DNA from: an uncultured Gemmatimonadales bacterium
GTDB taxonomy: Bacteria > Gemmatimonadota > Gemmatimonadetes > Gemmatimonadales > GWC2-71-9
Assembly (NCBI GenBank): GCA_963795085.1
Contig: CAWCFX010000003.1
Location: 1-64,000 of the forward strand
Length of the DNA stretch: 64,000 nt
Direction of reading: 5' to 3'
Shown: piece after piece, positions 9,306-17,608 of the stretch
How the letters are laid out: every line of letters starts with the position of its first letter
Position numbering within the stretch: position 1 is the stretch's first letter
Notes under the pieces: model-generated
Told to the model about the DNA's origin: nothing
The model's database searches: none
What the model saw: the letters and a program-made list of their open reading frames with translations, nothing else
Made by a program: the position numbers and the translations under genes

Positions 9306-9766
9306 GCCCTTCGCCGAGGCGCGACACCCTGCCACTGGTGCTGGCGCTGGCCTTCCTGGTCTGGCTGGGGTTCGCGACCATCGCCGTGGCCGGCGGGGTG
9401 GTCCGGGTGGTCTGGCTGGAGCCCAGACTGGGCACCGGCGCTGCCAACATGGTCGAGACGCTGGGTCTGGTCGGTATACTCGGCGCCACGGTATGGGCGG
9501 CCACACCCTGGCTGGTACCGGGGCTCAGTCGTTCCCGTCTCCGGGCCCTTGGCATCTTCTGGGCTGCGCTAACGATCGTGTTCGAGTTTGGATTCGGGCA
9601 CTTCGTGGCCGGCGCGACGTGGGATGCCCTCTTGAGTAACTACGATGTGACTGCGGGCCGACTCTGGATTCTGGTACCCCTCACCATGGGCCTGGGCCCG
9701 GTGATAATCGGGGCTCTCCGAACCCCTGACCGTCCATCGCTAACCGCTCCCCGGCTGGATAGCTGA
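9302..9766 (+). CDS. Hypothetical membrane protein (about 4 TM)
   Basis: Start overlaps the upstream stop; hydrophobic segments; FEFGFGHF...NYD...GRLW. Confidence 0.8.
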   Translation: MSPSPRRDTLPLVLALAFLVWLGFATIAVAGGVVRVVWLEPRLGTGAANMVETLGLVGILGATVWAATPWLVPGLSRSRLRALGIFWAALTIVFEFGFGHFVAGATWDALLSNYDVTAGRLWILVPLTMGLGPVIIGALRTPDRPSLTAPRLDS

Positions 9767-9770
9767 CCTG

Positions 9771-10259
9771 TCATTGCCGCTTGACCCGCCATTCTCCGGT
9801 CACGGTGTGTCCATCAGGATGGTAGCTGTGGAATACCCCTTCCAGCCGGTCCCCCGAAAGCCGGCCACTGAAGATCGTGCTCACCGTGCATCCGCACTCG
9901 GGATCGGTGTAGGGCAGCAGTTGCCCCGCGACCTGGCGGCCGAACACCCGAACCAGCTGGATACGGAGCGGCCGAGGCGACTGGCGGGATGTTTCGTCCG
10001 GCAAGTACTGGGTAGCATAGGTGACCGGGTACGAGACCGCCGGGATCATGAGGACATCACCCTGGGCGGTATCCTGCCCAACCTCGAGGGTAAAGGCGAT
10101 GAGTCCGGAACGATGGGATTCCAGGCTGTTGTACTCGCCCGACCAATGGCCTTCCAGGCTGGCGGCGTCGCCGCGGACCGGCACCGGGTTACTGGGTGAC
10201 GGGAGGCAAGCCCCCGTGGCGACGGCAAGCAGGGCGGCGGTTAGAACGGTGCGCATCAT
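9771..10259 (-). CDS. Hypothetical lipoprotein
   Basis: Signal peptide with lipobox TGAC; SD AGGAG; beta-rich body with DPECGC. Confidence 0.8.
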   Translation of the reverse strand: MMRTVLTAALLAVATGACLPSPSNPVPVRGDAASLEGHWSGEYNSLESHRSGLIAFTLEVGQDTAQGDVLMIPAVSYPVTYATQYLPDETSRQSPRPLRIQLVRVFGRQVAGQLLPYTDPECGCTVSTIFSGRLSGDRLEGVFHSYHPDGHTVTGEWRVKRQ

Positions 10260-10283
10260 ACGCTCCTCGAGGCAGGTGCCGGT

Positions 10284-10317
10284 ATGATAGCCCCCGCTTC
10301 ATGAAGCGCGGATGAAT
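10284..10317 (-). promoter_or_regulatory. Candidate regulon promoter F, upstream of the lipoprotein
   Basis: Minus strand ATTCA-N6-CTTCA-N12-TATCAT. Confidence 0.65.
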
Positions 10318-10510
10318 CGGGTGGGAGGAAATGTCAAGCAGAGGTCGCGACCGGCAGGAGGGCCCTGGTTGAGAGACTGGTTCGGGATGGTTTCACGAGT
10401 CTCCCTGTCGGCGGTCAGCATGTCGACGGCGGGACATCCATGAAGCGGGAAGCTCCCGCCCTGAACGGGGAGTGAAGTTCCTTCGTCGCGGCCGTGCAGG
10501 AACCCGCAGA

Positions 10511-11002
10511 TCAGTTAGCCCGGGAGGGTCCGCCGCGGAGGCAGCGTTGAATCGTCTCCATGAGCTGCTGTCGGGAGAAGGGCTTCGCGAGGTAGCAGCT
10601 GTCCAGCGCCTCGGGAGAAATCCAAGCCGAGGTTTCCGACCCAAAACCGGACATGTAAAGCACCGGGAGTCCGGGCCGGAGTCGGGCGGCCACTTCGCCG
10701 AGCTCCGCGCCATTGAGAAAGGGCATGCGCAGGTCGGTCACGATGAGGTCGGGCGTCATGGACGATTTGGACAGTAGTTCCTGGGCGGCGAGGCCGTGCT
10801 CTGCCGCCACCACGGCGTAGCCTTCTTCCTCGAGCATGCGCGCGATGGTGCGCCTGACCAGCGGCTCATCCTCGACCAGGAGAATCAGCGGCGTGCGCTG
10901 TTGGGATGATGGGCCGGGGCCAATGGGACGAGGCCTGGCATCGCCAGTGGGCGTGTCAGGTCCCTTGAGAGAGTACTGCGGCAGCACGGCCGTAACGAGC
11001 AT
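10511..11002 (-). CDS. Single-domain response regulator (receiver only); start uncertain
   Basis: ILLVEDE, DLIVTDLRMP, VLYMSG, LAKPF. Confidence 0.85.
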   Translation of the reverse strand: MLVTAVLPQYSLKGPDTPTGDARPRPIGPGPSSQQRTPLILLVEDEPLVRRTIARMLEEEGYAVVAAEHGLAAQELLSKSSMTPDLIVTDLRMPFLNGAELGEVAARLRPGLPVLYMSGFGSETSAWISPEALDSCYLAKPFSRQQLMETIQRCLRGGPSRAN

Positions 11003-11101
11003 CGAGGATCTGGAGCCTTATATGGGGGCGCCACGGACGTGGCGAAACTGAGTAGGGCCTATAATAAATGAGGAATGAATTTCATGATATGGTGAGCGGC
11101 A

Positions 11102-11593
11102 TCAGGTCCGGGCCGAAAGGCATTTCCGGTCAGGGATAACCTTACCGTGTTCGGGCGAGTTCGGCTGACCCGAAGTCAACGCTGAACCGTTCGCACCAGA
11201 TGGACACCGATGGAGACGCGTCGAGCCGGGGAATATCATGGTGCTCTGGTCTCCCGCCTTCCCTTGAGCGCACCAAGGTCGAGAACCGAACCTGCCGTCA
11301 GCTCTGGGTCCCCTCGCTCCAAACCAGGTACACCCTGGGAGCGGGTCCGTTCGATGTCCTGAAAGCGGTGAGGCGGAGAAAGCGCCGGCCGTCGGCGGCG
11401 CGAAAGCCACCGTGCTGCCGACGGGTCCATGCGCGCCGCCGGTCAAGCGCCCGCTCGTCACTATTCCAAGGGAGGCTGCCACAGCGCCGAGGTCCTCGTG
11501 GACTGATCGATCGTAGAAAAGCCGGTTCGGCGAGAAGGCGTAGCAGGCGGCCGCAACCGCCGCGGTCAGTGCGACCAGCATTCGGCGATTCAC
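11102..11593 (-). pseudogene. Possible decayed lipoprotein gene
   Basis: GTG coupled to the nitrilase stop and a good signal peptide with lipobox AAAC, but the rest does not look like a real protein. Confidence 0.3.
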
Positions 11594-12528
11594 GGGGTGA
11601 CCTCGTGGGTTCGACCATGGCGGACCTGGAACTTGAACAGGTCGGGCCGGTCGTAGTGGCCGGTGACATCGAGAGCCATGGTCTCTCGCGGAATGGCCTC
11701 CAGTTCAAGGTCAGCCTCGAGCAGGCAGGGGCGGTCATGCACCGGCCCGGCGAGGAGGGCCCCGTCGGGCGCAATGACCGCACTGCCGCCGCGGAGGACC
11801 CATGCCTCGGGCGAGGATACCCGTGCCGGATGGGGTACCAGTTCGGCTGGCAAGGCCGCCGCCCGCATCAACGCGCCGGCCGCCAGCACGAAGCAGCGCC
11901 CTTCGAAGGCGTAGTGGCGGCTGGCCACCAGGTTCATTTCCTTCACCATGGGCCAGGCGGCAAGGTGGATGTCCTCGCCGGACTGGTGCAGCGTCTGCCG
12001 CGCGAGCGGCATCCAGTGTTCCCAGCAGATCAGCCCGCCGACCCGGCCGGCCGGAGTGTCCACACTCCGCAGTCCGGCGGCGTCTCCGGGGCCCCAGAGG
12101 AGACGCTCGGTGAACGTGGGGATGAGTTTACGGTGGTGATTCACCAGGCGCCCCGCCGGATCGTACGTCAGCAGGGAATTGAAGAGGGTCCCCCGCCCCG
12201 GGCCCGCAGCGACCCGCTCGCTCACGCCCACGGCCAGCGTTACGTCCAGGTCCCGGGCTATCCGTCCCAGCGCCGCCCCACTCTCGCCGTCCACCACCAC
12301 GCTCTGTTCCATCAAGCGCGCGAAGACGGCCTTGACCGGCGGATGATCCCAGAGCGCCACGTCCTGGCAGACGTCCAGCCACGCTGGGTACCCCGGCAAC
12401 CAGGTCTCAGGAAAGACGACCAGCTCGGCGCCGCGGGCCCGGGCATCGCGCGCCAGGTCGGCGGTCTGCTCAAGTCCCTGCGGCAGGTTGGCGGCGACCT
12501 CGGCCTGGACGACCGCCACCCTAGGCAT
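11590..12528 (-). CDS. Nitrilase (carbon-nitrogen hydrolase family)
   Basis: Glu-Lys-Cys triad motifs VFPET, HRKLIPT, ICWEHWMP. Confidence 0.93.
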   Translation of the reverse strand: MPRVAVVQAEVAANLPQGLEQTADLARDARARGAELVVFPETWLPGYPAWLDVCQDVALWDHPPVKAVFARLMEQSVVVDGESGAALGRIARDLDVTLAVGVSERVAAGPGRGTLFNSLLTYDPAGRLVNHHRKLIPTFTERLLWGPGDAAGLRSVDTPAGRVGGLICWEHWMPLARQTLHQSGEDIHLAAWPMVKEMNLVASRHYAFEGRCFVLAAGALMRAAALPAELVPHPARVSSPEAWVLRGGSAVIAPDGALLAGPVHDRPCLLEADLELEAIPRETMALDVTGHYDRPDLFKFQVRHGRTHEVTP

Positions 12529-12958
12529 TGATCACCTGGATGCCCCGCTCCAGCGTCTGCTTGACGGGACAGCGGTCGGCGATCTGCAGCAGCCGCTCCC
12601 GCTGTTCGGCGGAGAGATCTCCCGACAGGGCGATTGTGCGCTCGATCGTCGTGATCCCGACCTTCCGGGTCTCGCACTGCTCACAGTCTTTCTCGTGAGA
12701 GCGGGCGGTGCGCAGCCGGATTTCGACATCATCGAGCGGCCAGCCTTTCCGGTCGGCATACATCCGGAGGGTCATGGCCATGCAGCCGCCGAGGGCGGCG
12801 AGGAGCAGTTCATACGGGGTGGGACCGTGGTCGCTCCCGCCCAGTTCGGCGGGCTCGTCGGCGACGATGCCGTGGTGGCGGGCCTCCACCTCGGTGCGAA
12901 AGCCGGAAGGGCCGACCCGGGCGAGCACCCAGCCGTCGGATGGGGAAGAAGGGGACAT
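12521..12958 (-). CDS. OsmC/YhfA-family protein
   Basis: ADEP..GG.D.GPTPYELLLAALGGC, MYADRKGW, IADRCPV. Confidence 0.93.
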   Translation of the reverse strand: MSPSSPSDGWVLARVGPSGFRTEVEARHHGIVADEPAELGGSDHGPTPYELLLAALGGCMAMTLRMYADRKGWPLDDVEIRLRTARSHEKDCEQCETRKVGITTIERTIALSGDLSAEQRERLLQIADRCPVKQTLERGIQVINA

Positions 12959-12965
12959 GGGGTTC

Positions 12966-12993
12966 CAGAGTGCAGAGTGCAGAGTGCAGAGTG
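12966..12993. repeat. Tandem heptamer CAGAGTG x4
   Basis: Four exact copies abutting the tRNA-Arg 3' end. Confidence 0.9.
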
Positions 12994-13065
12994 CGCCCGG
13001 CAGGATTCGAACCTGCGACCCTCGGCTTAGAAGGCCGATGCTCTATCCAACTGAGCTACGGGCGC
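12992..13065 (-). tRNA. tRNA-Arg(UCU), CCA not encoded
   Basis: GCGCCCGTAGCTCAGTTGGATAGAGC-ATCGGC-CTTCTAA-GCCGA...GGTTCGAATCC-TGCCGGGCGCA. Confidence 0.97.
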
Positions 13066-13149
13066 GGAGACCGGATCTGAAGAACCTGATGGCCTCGAGA
13101 TCGCGAGGCCCCCCCAATCTATCCCGGCCCGGCTACGGCCGCAGGGCAA

Positions 13150-13395
13150 TCAGGGGGACTCCACCGCTCTCCGGGGACCCGAATGCCGCCGGATGAACTC
13201 CTGGAACCGATCCCGAACCTCCTCGGGCGTCTCGTCCAGGTGGCCGGAACCGGGGAGGGTCCACTTCCGGGTGGCCCGGTACACCACCCACGCGGGGGAG
13301 GAATTGGACGTGCCATATCGGGGCCGCTCCAGGAACCGGAGCGAGGCCTGGTAATCCTTCCCTTCGTGCTCGAAATGAAATGACTTGAGGTCCAT
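13150..13395 (-). CDS. Small hypothetical protein (81 aa)
   Basis: ATG at 13395 within ORF 13150..13485; plausible composition (MDLKSFHFEHEGKDY). Confidence 0.5.
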   Translation of the reverse strand: MDLKSFHFEHEGKDYQASLRFLERPRYGTSNSSPAWVVYRATRKWTLPGSGHLDETPEEVRDRFQEFIRRHSGPRRAVESP

Positions 13396-13614
13396 GAGAT
13401 CGGCCTCGAAGGTGCTGGGGGCTGCTCCAACATAATGCGCATGTGGAAAAATAGAAACATGGGTCAAGTTCAAGTGGGACAACATCCCGGGAGAGTCTCA
13501 GGATGTGGTTTCGCGCCGCGATGCCCCTCAAATCTCAGACCCACTGGCCCTTTGGTCCCCAAGCCCCCTGCCCCTCCGCTTGACCCATGGCCCAAAGGGG
13601 AGTTAGTTCCCCCA

Positions 13615-14502
13615 ATGGAACGAATCCGCGTCGCCTCGCTGCAGTATTTCATCCGTCCCGTCAGCACCTTCGATCAGTTCCGCGACCAGGTCGTGGCATT
13701 GGTGGAGACCGCCGCCGACTACAAGTGCCACCTGATGGTCTTCCCGGAGTATTTCACGGTCCAGTTGCTGACGCTGGGCGACGTGAAGCGCCCGATCCGG
13801 GAGCAGATCCGGGAACTGGCGGACCAGTGCCCCCGCTACGTGGATCTGATGAGCGGTCTCGCGCGGCAATGGGGGATCTACATCGTTGGCGGCACCATCC
13901 CCGTGTTCAATCCGGCCGACAACACGATCCAGAACCACTGCTACGTCTTCGGGCCCGACGGCACCTACGGCACCCAGGGCAAGCTGCACGTGACCCGGTT
14001 CGAGAGCGAGGACTGGTTCGTCTCCCCCAGCCACGGCATGCGGGTGTTCGACACCAGCTTCGGCCGGATCGCCGTGGCCATCTGCTATGACGTGGAGTTT
14101 CCCGAGTTCGCCCGTGCCGCGGCCCGCCTGGATGCCCACATCCTGGTCGTCCCCAGCTGCACCGATGACCGGCAGGGGTTCTGGCGGGTCCGCTACTGCG
14201 CCCATGCCCGGGCCATCGAGAACCAGATGTACGTGATTCACTCGGGGACCGTGGGTTCGCTTCCGATGGTGCCTGCGGTGTCGCTCAACTACGGCCAGGC
14301 CGCGATCCTCACCCCCAGCGACTTTGCCTTCGCGCGGGACGGCATCCTCGCCGAGGGCAATCCCAACCAGGAAATGATGGTCATTGGCGAACTGAACCTC
14401 AATACCATCACCGAGTCCCGGGTCACCGGCACGGTGCTGCCGCTCCGGGACAGCCAGCGGTCCAGCGAGCTGGTGGCGACCTCCGAAGTCATTCGCCTAT
14501 GA
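13615..14502 (+). CDS. Carbon-nitrogen hydrolase (YhcX C-terminal-like)
   Basis: VFPEYF, GKLHVT, ICYDVEFPE, RVRYCAHARAIENQ; start ATG 13615. Confidence 0.92.
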   Translation: MERIRVASLQYFIRPVSTFDQFRDQVVALVETAADYKCHLMVFPEYFTVQLLTLGDVKRPIREQIRELADQCPRYVDLMSGLARQWGIYIVGGTIPVFNPADNTIQNHCYVFGPDGTYGTQGKLHVTRFESEDWFVSPSHGMRVFDTSFGRIAVAICYDVEFPEFARAAARLDAHILVVPSCTDDRQGFWRVRYCAHARAIENQMYVIHSGTVGSLPMVPAVSLNYGQAAILTPSDFAFARDGILAEGNPNQEMMVIGELNLNTITESRVTGTVLPLRDSQRSSELVATSEVIRL

Positions 14503-15137
14503 GCCCGGACCGCCGGCCCGTGGTGGTGCGTAACACCCGGCCGGAGGACATCCCTGCCCTCACCGGCCTCTGCAGCGAGACCTACCCCGGCTCTCCTCCC
14601 TGGTCCGCGGTCCAGCTTGAGTCCCATCTCCGGGTCTTTCCCGAAGGCCAGTTCGTCGCCGTGGATCCCGCCGATGCCACCATCCTCGGCATGTCGGCCA
14701 GCCTGATCGTGTTCTGGGATGACTACGACATCAATACCACCTGGCGGGACTTTACCAGTACGGGGATGTTCACCAACCACAATCCTGATCGGGGCCGCAC
14801 GCTCTACGGCGCCGAGGTCATGGTGCGGCCCAGCGTGCAGGGGCGCGGGGTGGGCAGCGCGTTGTATGCGGAGCGGGAGAAACTGGTGCGGCGGCTGGGA
14901 CTGCTGCGGATCCGGGCCGGGGCCCGCCTGCGGGGTTACCACCGCTACGCCGATACGATGTCATCCGAGGCCTACACCGATGCGGTGGCGCGCGGGGAGA
15001 TCTTCGACCCGACCCTGAGTTTTCAGCTCCGCCGGGGGTTCCAGATCCTTACCGTGATCTCCAACTACCTCCGCAACGACCCGGAGAGCCTGGGGCATGC
15101 CGCGGTGATCGAGTGGCTGAACCCAACGTTCAAGTGA
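14499..15137 (+). CDS. GNAT N-acetyltransferase (YhcX N-terminal-like)
   Basis: FPEGQFVA, LYGAEVMV..SVQGRGVGSALY, DPTLSFQL, NYL..DPES. Confidence 0.9.
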   Translation: MSPDRRPVVVRNTRPEDIPALTGLCSETYPGSPPWSAVQLESHLRVFPEGQFVAVDPADATILGMSASLIVFWDDYDINTTWRDFTSTGMFTNHNPDRGRTLYGAEVMVRPSVQGRGVGSALYAEREKLVRRLGLLRIRAGARLRGYHRYADTMSSEAYTDAVARGEIFDPTLSFQLRRGFQILTVISNYLRNDPESLGHAAVIEWLNPTFK

Positions 15138-15174
15138 GGAGTGAGCAGTGAGGAAGTGGGAAGTGGGAAGTGAA
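15133..15174. repeat. Imperfect tandem heptamer AGTG(A/G)G(A/G/C) x6
   Basis: Lies between the GNAT stop and the tRNA-Pro 3' end. Confidence 0.8.
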
Positions 15175-15248
15175 TCGGGGCGCCGGGATTCGAACCCGGG
15201 ACCTTCTGCTCCCAAAGCAGACGCGCTACCGGACTGCGCCACACCCCG
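15175..15248 (-). tRNA. tRNA-Pro(UGG), CCA not encoded
   Basis: CGGGGTGTGGCGCAGTCCGGTAGCGCG-TCTGC-TTTGGGA-GCAGA...GGTTCGAATCC-CGGCGCCCCGA. Confidence 0.97.
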
Positions 15249-15307
15249 TGTGGGCCCGAAGGTAATCCGGGGCTCGCCGGGTCGCTAGGCCGCGGACTCG
15301 GAACGCT

Positions 15308-15463
15308 TCACGGCGTCCGCCGCAACCTGCTGCGCTGGTCCAGGGCCAGAAAGAACACGCCGATCAACAGCCAGAACCCCACGCGGGGCCAGTTGACGGT
15401 ACGGATGGCCTCCAGCAGGGAAATCCCGAAGAACAGAATGAAGATGGTGAATCCGGGGCGCAT
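15308..15463 (-). CDS. Small two-TM membrane protein (51 aa), absent from the ORF track
   Basis: Hand translation MRPGFTIFILFFGISLLEAIRTVNWPRVGFWLLIGVFFLALDQRSRLRRTP; GC-rich third codon positions; own promoter motif. Confidence 0.75.
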   Translation of the reverse strand: MRPGFTIFILFFGISLLEAIRTVNWPRVGFWLLIGVFFLALDQRSRLRRTP

Positions 15464-15491
15464 GGCCGGGCTCGGTGTGGGAGACGCCTCG

Positions 15492-15536
15492 ACACTAACC
15501 GCGGACGCCTGAACGCTCCGTGAAGCCGGTGTGAAC
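15492..15536 (-). promoter_or_regulatory. Candidate regulon promoter G, upstream of the 51-aa ORF
   Basis: Minus strand GTTCA-N6-CTTCA-N6-GTTCA-N12-TAGTGT. Confidence 0.65.
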
Positions 15537-15553
15537 CCCGAGAAGCCCCGGGC

Positions 15554-17332
15554 TCAGTGCTGGGCCCCCGGGGTGACCCGCATTCCCGCCCCCTGCATGA
15601 TCGCGATGGCTTCCTCCCCGGTCAGCGTTTCCCGGGCGAGCAGCGCGTCGCCGAGCGCCTCCAGCGCCGGGCGGTGCTGCTTGAGGAACGCAAGCACCGT
15701 GGCATAGGAGGTTTCCAGGATCTGCCGGACATCCGCGTCCATCCGGGTGTGGGTCTCCGGACTGACCGGGCCGGAATCCGGATCGTACACGATGAGCCCG
15801 GTGGTCTCGCCCATGCCCAGCCGGTAGACCATGTGCTTGGCCAGCCGGGTGGTGTGCTGCAGGTCGCTGGCGGCGCCGCTGGTGATCTGGCTGGTGCCGT
15901 AGGCGATCTCTTCGGCCGCGCGCCCGCCCAGCCCCTTGAGGATCTGGCCTTCCATGTACGCGCGGGACGAGATATGGGTCTCGTGATCCGGCTGGAAGAA
16001 GGCGACACCCATGGCGCCACCCCGGGGCTGAATGGTGACCTTGTGGAGCGGGTCGGCGGGACAGAAAGCGACCCCGCAGAGCGCGTGCCCGGCCTCATGC
16101 AGCGCCACCAGCCGCCGCTCGACATCCGAGACAGTGAGGCCCTCCCGGGCCCGGCCCAGCAGCACCCGGTCGCGCGCTTCCTCGATATGGGACCAGGTGA
16201 CGATCGGACTGCTGGTGCGCACGGCGAGAATCGCCGCCTCGTTGATCAGGCCAGCCAGTTCTGCGCCGCTGCTGCCCATCATGAGCCGGGCCAGCCGGGT
16301 GAGGTCAACATCGGCGGCCAGCGGCACCTTCCGCTCCCGGATGTGCAAGGCCAGGATCTCGGCCCGTTCCGACACGGTGGGCAGGCCGACCGTCACCGAC
16401 CGGTCGAACCGGCCCTTGCGGAGCAGCGCGGGGTCGAGGTCGCCCGACCGGTTGGTGGCGCCCACCACCACCACCCCGTCCGCCTGGTCGAAGCCGTCCA
16501 TCTCCACCAGGAACTGGTTGAGGGTCCGGTCGTCTTCGTTGTGTCCCTGCTGCCGGCCACGCCGGCCGCCCAGGGTATCGATCTCATCAATGAAGATCAC
16601 GGCCCGCTTGGCCTTCCGGGCCTTCTTGAACAATCCCTTCACCCGGGACACGCCCTGGCCGACAAAGGTGCCGGTAAAGTCGCTCCCGCTGGCGGCGAAG
16701 AAGGCGACGCCCGCTTCGCCGGCGAGCGCCCGGGCCATCAGGGTCTTTCCGGTGCCGGGCGGCCCCTCCAGCAGGAGCCCCTTCGGCGTCCGGGCACCCA
16801 TCGTGGCGAAGGTCTCCGGCTGGCGGAGGAACTCGACGATTTCCTTGAGATCGTGCAGCGCGGCGGCATTGCCGGCCACGTCCTTGAAGGTGAGTGTGGA
16901 CGACCCGCGCTCTCCAGCCGGTGTACCGGTGACCCCCACGACCTGCCGGCGGATGAGAAAGATGCCGACGACGAGAAACACCACGGAGACGATCAGGCCG
17001 GTGAGCGCCTGGTAGTTGCTGGGCCGGGGCGCGAAACTGATTCCGGCACCGGAGGCCTTGGCGGCTTGCACCAGGCCCTCCACGTCGGAACTGGAATAGA
17101 CCACCCGGACCAGTTCAGCCTGGTCACCCTTCAGCCAGGCGTCAACCGAGGATCCCGGCTGCACCCGGATGGAATCCACCTGGCCGGCTTCCATGGTCGA
17201 CAGCAGGGTCGAGTAGGCGACCGTCCGGGGCTCGACCCGGCTCGGCCGGCCCCAGGCGGCGTACCCGGCTATCACGGCCAGCGCCACGGCAGGCGCTGCC
17301 AATGCAATCCAGAATCGGCGGGGGAGTTTCAT
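15554..17332 (-). CDS. ftsH: ATP-dependent zinc metalloprotease, FtsH family
   Basis: Two N-terminal TMs, GPPGTGKT, IFIDEID, ALLRKGRFDR, HEAGH; start ATG 17332. Confidence 0.93.
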   Translation of the reverse strand: MKLPRRFWIALAAPAVALAVIAGYAAWGRPSRVEPRTVAYSTLLSTMEAGQVDSIRVQPGSSVDAWLKGDQAELVRVVYSSSDVEGLVQAAKASGAGISFAPRPSNYQALTGLIVSVVFLVVGIFLIRRQVVGVTGTPAGERGSSTLTFKDVAGNAAALHDLKEIVEFLRQPETFATMGARTPKGLLLEGPPGTGKTLMARALAGEAGVAFFAASGSDFTGTFVGQGVSRVKGLFKKARKAKRAVIFIDEIDTLGGRRGRQQGHNEDDRTLNQFLVEMDGFDQADGVVVVGATNRSGDLDPALLRKGRFDRSVTVGLPTVSERAEILALHIRERKVPLAADVDLTRLARLMMGSSGAELAGLINEAAILAVRTSSPIVTWSHIEEARDRVLLGRAREGLTVSDVERRLVALHEAGHALCGVAFCPADPLHKVTIQPRGGAMGVAFFQPDHETHISSRAYMEGQILKGLGGRAAEEIAYGTSQITSGAASDLQHTTRLAKHMVYRLGMGETTGLIVYDPDSGPVSPETHTRMDADVRQILETSYATVLAFLKQHRPALEALGDALLARETLTGEEAIAIMQGAGMRVTPGAQH

Positions 17333-17407
17333 CGAAAGTTCTGTCCTGGCCCTGCACCGAGGAAGGCCTGCGCAAGTGGTTCCCGTAAAACTGCCGCCTA
17401 CCAGCAC

Positions 17408-17423
17408 TGAAAGAGCCGTGCCA
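17408..17423 (-). promoter_or_regulatory. Possible sigma54 -24/-12 promoter for ftsH
   Basis: TGGCACGGCTCTTTCA versus consensus TGGCACG-N4-TTGCW; the -12 GC is replaced by TC. Confidence 0.35.
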
Positions 17424-17608
17424 TGCCATGCCCGGTCCCGGCATCCCGGCGGACGGATCGCGTCTCTGTGAATATCGGCTGGAATGGCCCCCGGCTTAAC
17501 CGCGGCACCCTTTGCCGCGCGCCCGCCCCATGACCACCGGGTCAGGAAGCAGGTGGGGAACCGCGAACGGCAACCTTTCGCCGCAGGATGCCGCCGAATG
17601 CGGGAAAA

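Noticed and set aside
1..11100. FNR/FixK palindromes (TTGAT-N4-ATCAA) as the control element
   Set aside because: None seen by eye in the intergenic regions; the recurring signal is a direct repeat. The scan was not exhaustive.
15557..17410. Long antisense ORFs (also 23436..25244, 40017..41690, 55553..57100, 59324..61498 and others)
   Set aside because: Shadow frames of well-supported genes in GC-rich DNA, with no recognisable motifs.
17430..17608. Riboswitch in the ftsH-rdgB gap
   Set aside because: No consensus I can match.
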